64,000 nucleotides of DNA from Octopus bimaculoides (GCF_001194135.2 NC_068987.1:6907703-6971702); one strand, 5' to 3'; positions 42,069 to 54,850 are shown, counted from the first letter of the stretch. Notes: generated from the sequence alone by a model not told the origin. Numbers and translations: made by a program.

Positions 42069-42371
42069 GTAAATATGCACTTTTATTTTTCCATTATTCA
42101 TTATATTTTAAGAAAAAAAAAATGGTAACCGATAAAATGCACTTCACATAAATAACCAACAATTGTGTAAACAAAATATATCCGAGAATTTATATTCATA
42201 TGTGGAATGTGTGTGTGATGGTTTGCGTGTACGTATATATGTATATATACTTTCATTGTTTAATTGGCAGGTAGTTATAAAAGTGAGCGAAGCCTCGAGA
42301 GTGTCTGACATGGCGTTTATCGTCAATCTCTAATTACATATACACACACACACACAAACACGCAGGTACGT

Positions 42372-42421
<50 letters not shown>

Positions 42422-43419
42422 ACACACACATGCTTACAGATTTGGTAGAACAAACAAAATAGTTAGTTTTAAATATTTATTATATTGACCATGGAAGGTT
42501 TTATCCTAGCATTTTCCAGGATGTTTTATTAATCTATTTGCTTACCTATTTAAGTTTAAAAAAATGCATCTTAGACTGTAAGCTCACAAAATATAACGTA
42601 GAATGTCGTTGTCATCCAATATCTGACTAGTCTTCTTGTCGTCATTTCAAAATTATCCATCTGCTCCTACTTGTCATGTGACAAGAGTTTGTCGAATAAA
42701 ATTCATGTTGGAAAGTAAAAATTTAGTTTTATGTAATAGTGAAGGACAATCCGCTGACTGTATCATGTTCTCTCCACTTATGATAATATATTAAAGTGAT
42801 TTTGACGCATCTGTCAAGTTGAAGTAGACTCGGATATAGTAACCAACTAAAATAATGAGCGATAAACATTCCATTGTGCAAAACAAATCAAATCCGGATT
42901 GTAATATATGCTTCTGTCACTCACTTATTCCTAGTTAATCTGTTATAATTTAGAATTTATTTCGATGCCTTCCTACCTTTAACTGTGATTCTTTCATATT
43001 ATATTTAACTTTTTCACTATTTTGCTTATTTTTATAGCTAATGGCTAATGATATTTTCTTTCAGTTTTCCTGTCTTCACTTCTAGTGGCATATTACGCAA
43101 TCAAACTTCCATATAAACTTGATTCCTACGACGTATATTATGTGATTATATATGTGTGCCTCTCCCTATATACCTGTGCATATTGAACACGGCTAAATTT
43201 AATTATTTGCTGAAGTTTACTGTCTATTCTAGTCTCAATGATATTTTCTGCTGCATAGAATTTTCCTAAGAACGTGGTGTAATCCGTTCGATTCTTCTTT
43301 GGTTACAATGATACTATTACAATGATACCATTGCTATTACAATGATACTGTTGCATCCAATTTCAGCTTGTTCTGGCTCATTATGTTCTGATTTCAAATA
43401 CCACCAATATCAAGTTAGC

Positions 43420-43535
43420 TTATTATCCTTTCGGTTTTGATAAGATAAAGTATCAGTCATTTAGAAGAGTCGGTGATATCGACTTACTCCCTCTCAAAAT
43501 TTCTGATTTGTACCTAAATTAGAAATATTTATTAT
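43420..43535 (+). mobile_element. SINE family A, 3' half
   Basis: atcctttcggttttgataagataaagtatcag...atcgacttactccctctcaaaattt...ttgtacctaaattagaaa matches the family's central domain and tail. Confidence 0.6.
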
Positions 43536-43667
43536 ATTCATGCGTTAAGACAAGTAGGAAAACTATCCTAGTATTGTTATTTTCTGTAATATCCTTATGT
43601 GTATGTAATTTGTAAATATCTTTACTGAAGTAGTTGGCCTCCATTACATTTGCACTAATTATAAACA

Positions 43668-43668
<1 letters not shown>

Positions 43669-43733
<65 letters not shown>

Positions 43734-43746
43734 GTATCTATCTATC
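43669..43746. repeat. (TCTA)n microsatellite
   Basis: Directly visible. Confidence 0.9.
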
Positions 43747-44229
43747 TCTTATATATATANNNNNNNNNNNNNNNNNNNNNNNNNNNNNNNNNNNNNNNNN
43801 NNNNNNNNNNNNNNNNNNNNNNNNNNNNNNNNNNNNNNNNNNNNNNNNNNNNNNNNNNNNNNNNNNNNNNNNNNNNNNNNNNNNNNNNNNNNNNNNNNNN
43901 NNNNNNNNNNNNNNNNNNNNNNNNNNNNNNNNNNNNNNNNNNNNNNNNNNNNNNNNNNNNNNNNNNNNNNNNNNTTGAGTAAACGTAAGCAACGTTTTGA
44001 ACCATGAAGAATTTGTACCGAATTCTAGCAGAGTTGTGAATTTGTTTTAACATTTTTTTGAAATTGTCTAATAATACAGACATGGTTGTGTGTGCCTTTT
44101 GCACTACTATTCTCATGGTTGTATGTTTTATAGTGCTTCAATTTTATTAGATCAGATGTCTCACACAAGCAAGTCTGACCTGTCAGATTTTACAACACAT
44201 TTGCCATTTTTTTTATGTCGTTAAAAGTA

Positions 44230-44430
44230 GGCATAGTCACCAACTCAGCCTAAACCTAGAGGAACATCGAGTATGTGACAGCTGAAGAGAAGCTGTACCT
44301 GCAGACTGTTAGTCTTAGGTTTCATTTGAATAGACTAGATCAAAGCCAACTGATCTTTGTTTGCTCAAATAGGACATTGTAATGCCCAGTCCTGAGATCG
44401 AACCCACAACCTAATGTTAACCAGTAAGCT
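44230..44430 (-). mobile_element. tRNA-derived SINE-like remnant
   Basis: The reverse strand has ttgtgggttcgatctcaggactgggc (box B-like) followed by ttgagcaa. Confidence 0.45.
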
Positions 44431-44949
44431 ACGTAACTTGCAATCCATTATGTTAGAAAATTATATATATCCTGATGATTGATAATCTTTATATGTGTAA
44501 TCGCCTGCCAGGATTTGTGTTCAATAATTAAAATTAGTGTGAATCTTCGTTTATTTTTCTATAACATGTACGTACCCTGTTAACTGATGCGTGACATATA
44601 TATTAAGTTGTAATAAGATATCACAGCGTGCTTTCCGTTCTCCCTCTTACATCTTTGTTTCAATCATGCCATTGCTATGCACACATTGTTAGTATCAGTA
44701 TTTCAGCTGACATACTTTTTATGGTATTTCTTATTTTCCATAGCATTTTTATTAAAAATTCAACCTGAAATTGCTTGCATATATGTAAAAAACATACCGA
44801 ACATTTGTCTGGCATAAAGAGGTGTGCTACGAATAGTGTTTGTGCAACAGAAATATAGATATTAACAATGATTTATCTACTTTCCCATTTTTTTGTCTGT
44901 GCTTTACTGTTTTTAAGCATTCTATATTTGGCTTTACATATATTTACAG

Positions 44950-45003
44950 ACGTTATTAAAAATGATATGTTTCGGCACAAGATTTTTTAAAGGAAAATTG
45001 GAG
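44950..45003 (+). CDS. HVCN1: Hv channel exon, end of S2 and S2-S3 linker: TLLKMICFGTRFFKGKLE
   Basis: Acceptor tttacag|ACG and donor GAG|gtaagt; 54 nt, phase 0-0. It matches Hv1 IIFKLFVFRLEFFHHKFE, with K157 and E171 equivalents retained. Confidence 0.93.
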
Positions 45004-46867
45004 GTAAGTTAGCCATCAGATGAATTCCTTACTTTTCTTTTAAATCGTATGCGCATGTATAAGTCTTATATGTCTGAAAGAATGAATTGGATATTTCTTA
45101 GAGATGACAAGGAATTTGTAAATGTGATACAACAAATAACATTATCTCTAGGTAAACCAAGCAGAAATACTGGCTAAAGGTAATGGGACAATTGTAAACA
45201 TGCTAATAGAATAAGTTTATTCACAAATAATGATACAACAAACTTTAAGAAATATATTCATTTGAGCAAGAATACTTATGGGAGGGTGATGGAGATAGAA
45301 TCCTCATGCACCTTTTCCATAGGGTTCTATCTGAAGCAACTGTTATTACATATTGAGGATAGATTCCCTAGAGTGATGATCTGAGGCTATAAATATTAGC
45401 CAGCCATCTCATTTTCGGACTGTCTGTCTATAGGTTTCGTACTGGTTGGCTGTGTGTGAAACCCTGTCTTTCAGTTTTTTACTACGACATTCTTATCACG
45501 TGTCTGTAGTATCTGGTTGAAGTAGCGGCGCAAGAATATAAAGTTAAGCCGTTATAACGTATCACAAGAATTTAATATGGAGTCAAAAGTCAAATGGACA
45601 ATAAGGTTAAAATGAAGTTACTGGATCAAGATCTACTGAAAGCTGTATTGTAAGGGCTTTAGAAAAAAATTCTTGTACTAAGATATCTTATTGAAATGAG
45701 GTAAGCATGTGAAGAATATTTACCGACTTACCAATAAAACTACTGCCCAACAGTATTTATTGACTATTTATCCATTCCTGAAATGTATTTATAGATAAAT
45801 GGTCCCTTACAGAACAGTGGAAATACGTTAAAAAAAACCGCTCCAATGAAAAGGGTTTACGATGAATGCTTTGGGTTAGAGAGGTGAATGTCGAGGAAAT
45901 ATCTCAGACAGGTGAAAAATGTTATTGATTCCATTAAAGAAATTTAATCGAATCTTCGAAGTAAAATAGTGATAGAAATAGTAAGAACGGAAGCTTAACG
46001 TATGAAAAGAAAAAGGAAAATTTAAGATCAGATATTTAACAAGTTACTTAAGATGTCATAAATGATGAAGATCTTTGGAAAATATATACAAATTTCAAGA
46101 AGCTTAAAAATATATGAGAAAATAAAATATAAATTAAGGATGATCGACATAATGTCATAAAAGGTAAAATGTTACCTGGAAAGTACAATCTTATGACAGT
46201 GTGAGAAAGGAGTGAATTAGGAAGGGAAAGAAAAGGTGAAAAAGAAATTGAAGAACTTGTATTTAATAAAAGTTATGAAATATACATAGATTAGAATAAA
46301 ACAAACGAGGGAAAGATGAAATAAAAATATAGCGGGACAATGTTTTAAGGATGGGAAAAAAAGAGCGAAAATAAAACAAGAGAAAGAAGAGGAGAAAAAT
46401 TTTGAGAGAAATATAATGCAACAAAGATGTGATCAGCAACTCAATTTCTTTGTAAACCACGCTTATCAAAAGGATGTTAGCAGTTACAGAGAGAATACCA
46501 ATGCGTTGCCGTAAACATTTCTATATGTTTATCTATGCACTGTTATATTTTGTAAAGGAACATAAAAGAATTAAACAAGAGTTGAATATTAAGGAACTCT
46601 GGATGAACATGAAAATATACACACACACACACACACACACTCTCATTCACTAACACTCACATATATATATATATATATAAATAGAGAGAGAGAGAAAGAG
46701 GGGGAGATAAGCGAGAGAGAGAGAGAGAGATGAGAGAGAGACATTTGAGGGAGAGAGAAAGAAATAATGTAATATTAATTTGTGTGTATATTATCATTCT
46801 TAAAACAAACAACTGGTTTTTCTTCATATCTAAAATGTCATTATATATTTCTTTATATTTTCTGCAG

Positions 46868-47006
46868 GTATTTGATGCCGCTATCCTGATAGTTTCCTTC
46901 ATTGTAGATCTTATATTCGTAAATGGCCTTCCAAGATATAAGATAGAGGAGTTTGTCTTCATTCTAGCCTTCCTGTTACCCTGGAGAGTTATTCGTGTAG
47001 TGAACA
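46868..47006 (+). CDS. HVCN1: Hv channel exon encoding S3-S4: VFDAAILIVSFIVDLIFVNGLPRYKIEEFVFILAFLLPWRVIRVVN
   Basis: Acceptor ttctgcag| and donor A|gtaagt. The D174 and D185 equivalents are present, and the Hv S4 signature W-R-x-x-R-x-x-N is present. Confidence 0.96.
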
Positions 47007-47266
47007 GTAAGTTTATTTTTTATTTCATTTATTAATCTGTGGTTTATAGAGGCAAACAGAATATTAAATGATATGAAATACATACTTCAAAATTATTTCC
47101 TAAATCTTTTACAAATACCAGAAATATAAGATTGCTATACATAAGAAAAAAACAGTACGAGTGCATGATCTTAAAGAACAGAACTTATTTATGATTATTT
47201 CCATGCATCGCTTCACAAAATGAAAAAAAAATAATACAATGAATACATTTTCTTTTAATTTTTCAG

Positions 47267-47382
47267 GTCTTGTAGTAGCTGTCAAAGATCACGAACACTT
47301 TCGCCTCAAACTAGTGTACAGTCGTAAAAAGAAAATTTTAGCCGTATTAAAACAAAAAGAATTAAAATTAGATTTATTCCAA
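47267..47382 (+). CDS. HVCN1: Hv channel exon, post-S4 and coiled coil: SLVVAVKDHEHFRLKLVYSRKKKILAVLKQKELKLDLFQ
   Basis: Acceptor tttttcag| in phase 1 (A+GT=Ser) and donor CAA|gtaagt. The frame is open and has a basic, heptad-like composition similar to the Hv C-terminal coiled coil. Confidence 0.92.
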
Positions 47383-47919
47383 GTAAGTTGATAAATGTTA
47401 ACTTCCTTTAAATGGCGCAGTTCACTCCCAATCCTGTATTTCGGCATATATATATATATANNNNNNNNNNNNNNNNNNNNNNNNNNNNNNNNNNNNNNNN
47501 NNNNNNNNNNNNNNNNNNNNNNNNNNNNNNNNNNNNNNNNNNNNNNNNNNNNNNNNNNNNNNNNNNNNNNNNNNNNNNNNNNNNNNNNNNNNNNNNNNNN
47601 NNNNNNNNNNNNNNNNNNNNNNNNNNNNNNNNNNNNNNNNNNNNNNNNNNNNNNNNNNNNNNNNNNNNNNNNNNNNNNNNNNNNNNNNNNNNNNNNNNNN
47701 NNNNNNNNNNNNNNNNNNNNNNNNNNNNNNNNNNNNNNNNNNNNNNNNNNNNNNNNNNNNNNNNNNNNNNNNNNNNNNNNNNNNNNNNNNNNNNNNNNNN
47801 NNNNNNNNNNNNNNNNNNNNNNNNNNNNNNNNNNNNNNNNNNNNNNNNNNNNNNNNNNNNNNNNNNNNNNNNNNNNNNNNNNNNNNNNNNNNNNNNNNNN
47901 NNNNNNNNNNNNNNNNNNN

Positions 47920-47974
<55 letters not shown>

Positions 47975-49004
47975 TATATATTTATATATGTATATCTATA
48001 TATAAATGTGTGTGAGAGTGTATATAGGTGTGTGTGTAAGTACGTGTGCGTATCACTGTGTTTGTGTGTTTGCATGTGTGAGTTAAACAGAGGTAGCACA
48101 TATGATGAATTGGTTAAGTGGTTGAAACATTTGAGAAAATATTGAAGACGCGGCAGTTTATGTACTGGTATGCGATGCTACTGTCACAAGTGCCTTGCAT
48201 TAGACTACCTTAGAGGTATTTGGAGATTAGAGATAACTTCAATGAATTTATTTGGATAATATTGGTAACAAGTCAGGAAATTGTGAGGAGGAAAAATCCT
48301 CTTAATGTTGTGGTACTTCTGCAATTTTTTGAAATGCAAGCTAATGCAACTGAATTATTTTACCAACCACGGAATTGGCTATGAACCAGAATAGGTTTTT
48401 GGTAAGTATATATATATATAAATCAGTTTTTAGCGTCCGTGTGTATCATTTAGAGAAAGAATTAAAGAGAACACTACACTGCACCAAACACATTACATTG
48501 CACCTAATACATCTAAATAAACGAAGAGTGTGCTGACAAGGCGCCAACTCCATGAAATTAATAAAATTAGGTAGGTGTGAACGAAAGTAAAAACTTCGAA
48601 ATTTCTTGCGATTATAACTCTAAATAAAAGGAATTTGTGAAACTGTATGCAATATGCAAGTTGCCCTATTGCTTAAGGACTTTTCTGCTAAGGTCATATT
48701 TTCCTCAGCGAAGTATCTTATTGTTCTTAGGAACGCAAGATTATTCTTGCGATTTCTATTCGTCTGCTTCTTTATCTGAATTTTCAAAAATGCTCGTATG
48801 TTATAAAAATATAAGTTGTACCAACAAAAAGTGCATTTGAAATCAAAACCATAATAGAGGCAATTAAAAGATGATGAATTTCTTTANNNNNNNNNNNNNN
48901 NNNNNNNNNNNNNNNNNNNNNNNNNNNNNNNNNNNNNNNNNNNNNNNNNNNNNNNNNNNNNNNNNNNNNNNNNNNNNNNNNNNNNNNNNNNNNATGTGTG
49001 TGTG

Positions 49005-49060
<56 letters not shown>

Positions 49061-49739
49061 TGTACAGAATCCTACAAAAGTTTATTCATTTTAATTATGA
49101 AGCTTGTTAACACGTTTAACAAAAGCTGAACGTCACGCAATTTTTCCACATATTTATAAATGCAGTAGCCACACTTATTAAAATGTGTCCGTAATTGACA
49201 ATGCTGATATTAGTAGATTTTTTTTAATGACATATTCTTTTGTGTGAGAAAATAGTTTGCTAACTAGATATGAAGTAAATCAATAAATGAAATGATTCTG
49301 AAAAAGAAAACATTGTATATATTCATAACATTTTGTTTATAAACATGCCAGTAAATGTTGTCTAAGCTAATGATGAAAAAAGGAAAGCTTCTAATGATGA
49401 ATAAAAAAATAAAAAAAGAAGTGTAATGCTCTTCTGTTCTCATTGGTCTTCCATAAAGTTTCGAAGAACGAAATACAAATTTATAATTTAGTTTTGGTAG
49501 TTATATGATGTGACTGTTTAGCATTGTAATATAACTTCTTAAAAACGATAATCGGTGTAGTCTGATTACGACTTCATGATAAGTTGCCTGCGGTATTCTT
49601 TTACTGAATAACCATTGACTAAAAACACACGATACCATGAACAAACTGTTTGTGATATATATTGAATGGATCATAAATAAATATTTTCTCAGAAACAAAC
49701 ATTTTAATACTTATTTTCTCTTTTGTTTTATAATTTTAG

Positions 49740-49830
49740 ACTCAAATTGATAGTTTACGAAAATTATGTGTATCACATGGAATAACTGACAGTCAAATTA
49801 ACCAGTGCCTCTATCAAGAAGAACCAAAAG
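49740..49830 (+). CDS. HVCN1: Hv channel exon, distal coiled coil: TQIDSLRKLCVSHGITDSQINQCLYQEEPK
   Basis: Long pyrimidine tract ending ttttag|ACT and donor AAAG|gtaggt. Phase 0 matches the previous exon. LRKLCVSHGI resembles the Hv1 end LNKLLRQHGL. Confidence 0.85.
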
Positions 49831-50030
49831 GTAGGTGCCTAACAGCGTACCAAATCTTTTTTCTTTCTTTTTTTCTTTCTTTTTCTTCTTGCTTTTCTTA
49901 TTATTATTAATATTTTATTTTATGATTTTGTTGTTTACAGTTATGCTTGTGGATGTTTATCTGTTGTTTAAATTATTTATTGAAATTAGTCATTACTCCC
50001 TTAGCATCTTCTCTTATTCCTGCTGCTCAG

Positions 50031-50078
50031 AATATGGGAATATAATTTGCGCAGTGGTCAGCCGGCGAAGGTTATCGG
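50031..50078 (+). CDS. Candidate symmetric phase 1-1 Hv exon: EYGNIICAVVSRRRLS(G); an alternative longer acceptor at 49941 is in the same frame
   Basis: Pyrimidine-rich acceptor ...tcttattcctgctgctcag| and strong donor CGG|gtaagt. The frame continues from EEPK without a stop. There is no homology support that I can see. Confidence 0.35.
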
Positions 50079-51741
50079 GTAAGTAACTGAAATGTTTAAG
50101 TAATTAGGCTGTGAGTAGTCAATGAATTACTTAAATATTTGACCAATACTTCCACGTGGTACAACAAAATCAGGCAAACAGAATTAAAACAACAACAACA
50201 ACAACAATATAGTGATACTAGTGTCAATGATATTATGAATAACAATAATAATATTAATATTAATTGTAATAATATTCAATATTATTATCATTATTATTAT
50301 TACCATAATAATCCTGCATTATGATGATGATTATGATAGCATGTTCTTGTGGCTATATTAGGCATCATTGTTATTTTGAAAAAATAATGAAAATACCAAA
50401 ATAATTGACCGGAAAAAGACAGAATGAATAATATTTACGACTCCGTAACCATTAGATAACGTAATATGATTTTGATAGAATTATTACTTACAAAGAAGGA
50501 TAACTAGAGCATTTATCTTATAGAAAAATATAATTTACCAATATAAAAGATTACCAAAATCAGATGTATCAGAAACCTCTTTAGCATTGAAAAAGATTTT
50601 ATTCCTTCAGCAGTTAACCTAAAGATAAGATCTATTCACTTGAAATAGATAACAGCCGAACAGACTCTTTAGACGCATCATACCATTTCTGTTTCAAAAC
50701 AGAAAATGTTAAGTTTTGTAAATTGATTCAAAAATTCAAGAGAGAAGTATATAAAAAATGTGAATTTTTGCTATTTTCTCTTATCGTTTTTGTTGCAGGT
50801 AGTTTTTAAATATATTTGGTCAAAGCGTTCTATTCTATTCTCCATTTTCCCCTTCTCCTATCGAACAGTGTGATAAATTCATATGGTATATAACCCTCTA
50901 CATTACTGAGATCTTGAAAAACAGGATCTTAAACATGAACATACACGTTTAAATAGAATGTTTGCCAATTTCAAACCCCAGTTTATTTGAACTATGTTAA
51001 TTCACATATTTGGCCAAAATTTGATTTTAAATAAAGAGAAATTCAAAATAAACATAGTTATGATATGAAGAAGAGTGACATATCCAATTAAAGCACTAGA
51101 CAGTACAATTTTATGTCAGCGTTATCGTTCAAAATTTTAGCTTGTGTTTAGTTCTCCCTAAAGTGAAGAAACCTTTTAAGGATATAAAATCATATGGCTG
51201 GAATAAACTATTCTTAAATCAACTGATTCCCAAATTTTCTTCCATTGAGTCGCGTAGCATAAAAATATGATAACAACTAAACTCAATATAATCTTGCATT
51301 TTGAAATTGTACTATAGGCGTAACTGACATTTACATTCATGCCTTCAAGTTCTTACATAGATTCATAAATTCAGACAAACTTATATGACACCCTGGGTGA
51401 GAGCAGACGAATTTTGGGGATAGGAAAGTATTCTTTGATATAGAATAAATGCTATCTTAACATAATCTCACAACTACCTGACTATCTAAAAAATAATTGA
51501 TTATTCTTCTGATTATTTGCATTAAAGAGTACGTTTATCCAGAATTGTTATCATACTCAACTCAAACGCGAATCTCCCATGGGGGAATCAAATAAAAGCA
51601 CAATGAACAACGTTAATAACTGATATTGCTGGGGTAGTCGATTAACGGTAATATTTTCTTGAAAAATGACGAGGTTAATTTTATTCTCGAAAGAATAAAT
51701 ACTATCAAAATAACACCACATGGATCTGCTAGATAGGATAT

Positions 51742-51990
51742 GATTTCACCAGTATCACGGCCCCTAATGTTCCTATCAAGTTTATCATTCAAGCTGACGG
51801 CTCTGATGCCATTTTGTCAGCTTGTACCCAGACTGCAAATCCAGCGAGAACAGCGATCATAAAAATATACTAATATTCGAGAAGAAATATAAACGATTGG
51901 AATATATTCTAAGAGAAATCTTTCAAGAGAAGATTATTTCAATTTTTAAAATATCTCTTCAGAAAATACCATGTTTAATTAGGATAATTA
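51742..51990 (+). mobile_element. Gypsy-type LTR retrotransposon RNase H remnant
   Basis: FTSITAPNVPIKFIIQADGSDAILSACTQ...Y*YSRRNIND...FLKYLFRKYHV*LG resembles L..P....PFIIQTDASD.GLGAVLSQ...AYYSRKL...KFRHYLLG. It is decayed. Confidence 0.45.
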
Positions 51991-53891
51991 AAAGTCTCCA
52001 AATCAACTGGTTCCAGTACTGTTTAATGAAATCAGCAGTGAATATTCAAAGAAATGTAAAGACATTTCAGCTTCGCAAGTGAACGCTTAATTATATGCTC
52101 TTTTAACTGAACTGCTGCAAAGAAGCGTTTTCGACATATTGAAGAACTGGACAAAAAGCAATACTGTAAAACAAAAATTGCCATCTTGTTAGTTGAAATT
52201 TGGAACAAAAGGGGAATCGTAAGTCTGTGAAGAATTATCAGTTATGTGTTATAGCTTATAACATGAGTACACAGAAAAAATAATTACACTCCCCAAGAAC
52301 AAAGAATGAAAAGCTAACTAGAAACGTGTCTGGAGACAGTAATCTGACAACAATCGAGTGCAAATTAACTCCTCTCACACAGGAAGATAAAATCTGCCAG
52401 CGAAATCTCCGCCTCAGTAGAGAGTAGCTGAAAGAAAGATAATAATGAAATTTAACCGAAACCAAACAACGGTTTGTGGTGATATGAGTGGAGAGTGATT
52501 TATCGCAGAGAGGCTTCGTATTAGAAACGGGATAAAAAGGTGGAGTGAGACAAAGGAGCTTAGTCAAGTTAAAGGATGTCTAGAAAAAAATCCGAAAGAA
52601 TTATTGTTCCTCTATCAAACTAAAAGCGTACAGCATCAATGTTGAACCTTTAAGAGTGTAATTTAAAAACATCAGGATAGGAAAGCAAGGAGAACGGGTT
52701 TAATTGTCGGGCATCGCTACAAAAGGACTGACATCTTCATGATCTGCACCAATAAGCTCTTAATAGATATATAAGTAAACACACCGAACTGATTGGCACT
52801 AGCAGGAACAATACAAATATCCCAAACAATACCACTTACATGGCTAAAAACTACCGGTCAATTATATTCCAGAATCTTATATATAAAATGTGGACAGAAT
52901 GCCTGAATCCACTCTTCCATGATCATTGAGATGATATTATAGCTGAATTAATATTTTGTTGATATGCTGAATACCTTTTGATTAAGATGGCTGTGATATC
53001 AGTTGTGCGATGGCATAGAACGAAATAGTTCAGGCTAGCTGGATTACAGGAAATATTCGATTCTATTTCTCGCTTGTGGATACTAGAATATGCTCGATTT
53101 AAAAAAAGTTCCAGCTAGTAACAAAACCACAGAAAAACCTGGCTTCCTCCGGAACCACAATTCTAAAGTTGGTTGCTTCTATTGTCACTGAAAAGGGCTA
53201 GAAAATTATAGAGTTATATTTCAGGAGGGCAGTCTCTCTGCAATGCTGTATACACACTCAGTATAAACGGCGCATTTGTATTGATAAGAAATTATAAACA
53301 TAAGGCAGAAAAATACACCCACATGCAGACCACTCCACAAACATCCACATTAATACTTATGCACACACATACATGAAAGTTTAAAGTGCTTCACTGCACA
53401 CATTAGCTATGTAAGCGATACAGTTTCGGATACATAATTTAAGACTCAAATGAATCCCAGTTGGAAAATTCCACGCCTTAATTACATCAATTATGCACCG
53501 TTTTATAAATTAAATGCAATATTCCCTTTTCCTTTCCCTAATTTGTTGGAATTACCTTTCTTTAATACAATAGGTATTATTCATATTTTATTTAATACGT
53601 TTAAAATAATACCTTTTATTTTTTTTTACTAATTGATTTGTTATGTCAAAATTTATTTTTATTAAACCTTTACTTAGAAATTCAACCAGTTCACAATTCA
53701 GCATCGATAACGGATAAAATAAAACAAAACTAAGGATTGCAGCATTGGTTTTCGATAATAAGATTACCATGTGTCAGATTAAAGTATTCATTTAATTTAC
53801 ATCATGTCTGACATTTGATTGGTTTTGCATTTGTCAGCTTTTAATTCTCCATCGAAGCAATCCAAAAGAGAAACCAATTTTTAATCCAACT

Positions 53892-53892
<1 letters not shown>

Positions 53893-53949
<57 letters not shown>

Positions 53950-53954
53950 GTCTG

Positions 53955-54001
<47 letters not shown>

Positions 54002-54022
54002 GTCTTTCTATCTGTCTATCTG

Positions 54023-54057
<35 letters not shown>

Positions 54058-54070
54058 GTCTATCCATCTG
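53893..54070. repeat. (TCTA)n/(TCTG)n microsatellite
   Basis: Directly visible. Confidence 0.9.
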
Positions 54071-54270
54071 CCTTTCAGGCTGTCTGCATATATATANNNN
54101 NNNNNNNNNNNNNNNNNNNNNNNNNNNNNNNNNNNNNNNNNNNNNNNNNNNNNNNNNNNNNNNNNNNNNNNNNNNNNNNNNNNNNNNNNNNNNNNNNNNN
54201 NNNNNNNNNNNNNNNNNNNNNNNNNNNNNNNNNNNNNNNNNNNNNNNNNNNNNNNNNNNNNNNNNNNNNN

Positions 54271-54311
<41 letters not shown>

Positions 54312-54321
54312 CTATGTATGT

Positions 54322-54354
<33 letters not shown>

Positions 54355-54471
54355 GTATGTATATATATATGTATATATATGTACATATATATATATAGGT
54401 ATATATATATATTATATATAGAAGAGTAAATGTAAGGACAAGTTAAGGAAGTCGATAAACAAAAAGTATCA

Positions 54472-54850
54472 AGTACATTTAATACAAAAAAATGTCCGAC
54501 TTACACAGAATGGAAATGATATCAGGAATTAAGGGGGTTGAGTAGAGTTTTATGAGTCCAATAGCTGTTTGTGGGTGTTTGGTGGTCCAAAGTATTGCTT
54601 GGTCCAAAGTATTATGTATAATCTCCATTCTGTCAACACCGCAATTGTAAAATTCTTTCCTGAAGGCGACGGCTAATGGTATCCGATGATGGAATCAAGT
54701 TACAACAAATAGTTTGGACCACCAAGCCCCCAGAAAGAGATGCTGGACTCGTAGAACTTCTACTCAACCCCCTTTAATTCCTGATATCTGTGTAAGTCGG
54801 ACTTTTTTCATATGTATACGTATGTACATTTTTTGTATTAAATGTATTTA
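54472..54850. repeat. Imperfect inverted repeat with arms of about 120 bp (MITE-like or inverted retroelement terminus)
   Basis: The left arm gtccgacttacacaga...gatatcaggaattaagggggttgagtagag...gagtcc...ggtggtccaaa is mirrored by tttggaccc...ggactc...tctactcaaccccctttaattcctgatatctgtgtaagtcggac. Confidence 0.85.

Noticed and set aside
45240-46260. GC-richer block followed by a purine-rich stretch between the S2 and S3 exons, possibly a retroelement 5' region
   Set aside because: No continuous frame or diagnostic motif was recovered by hand.
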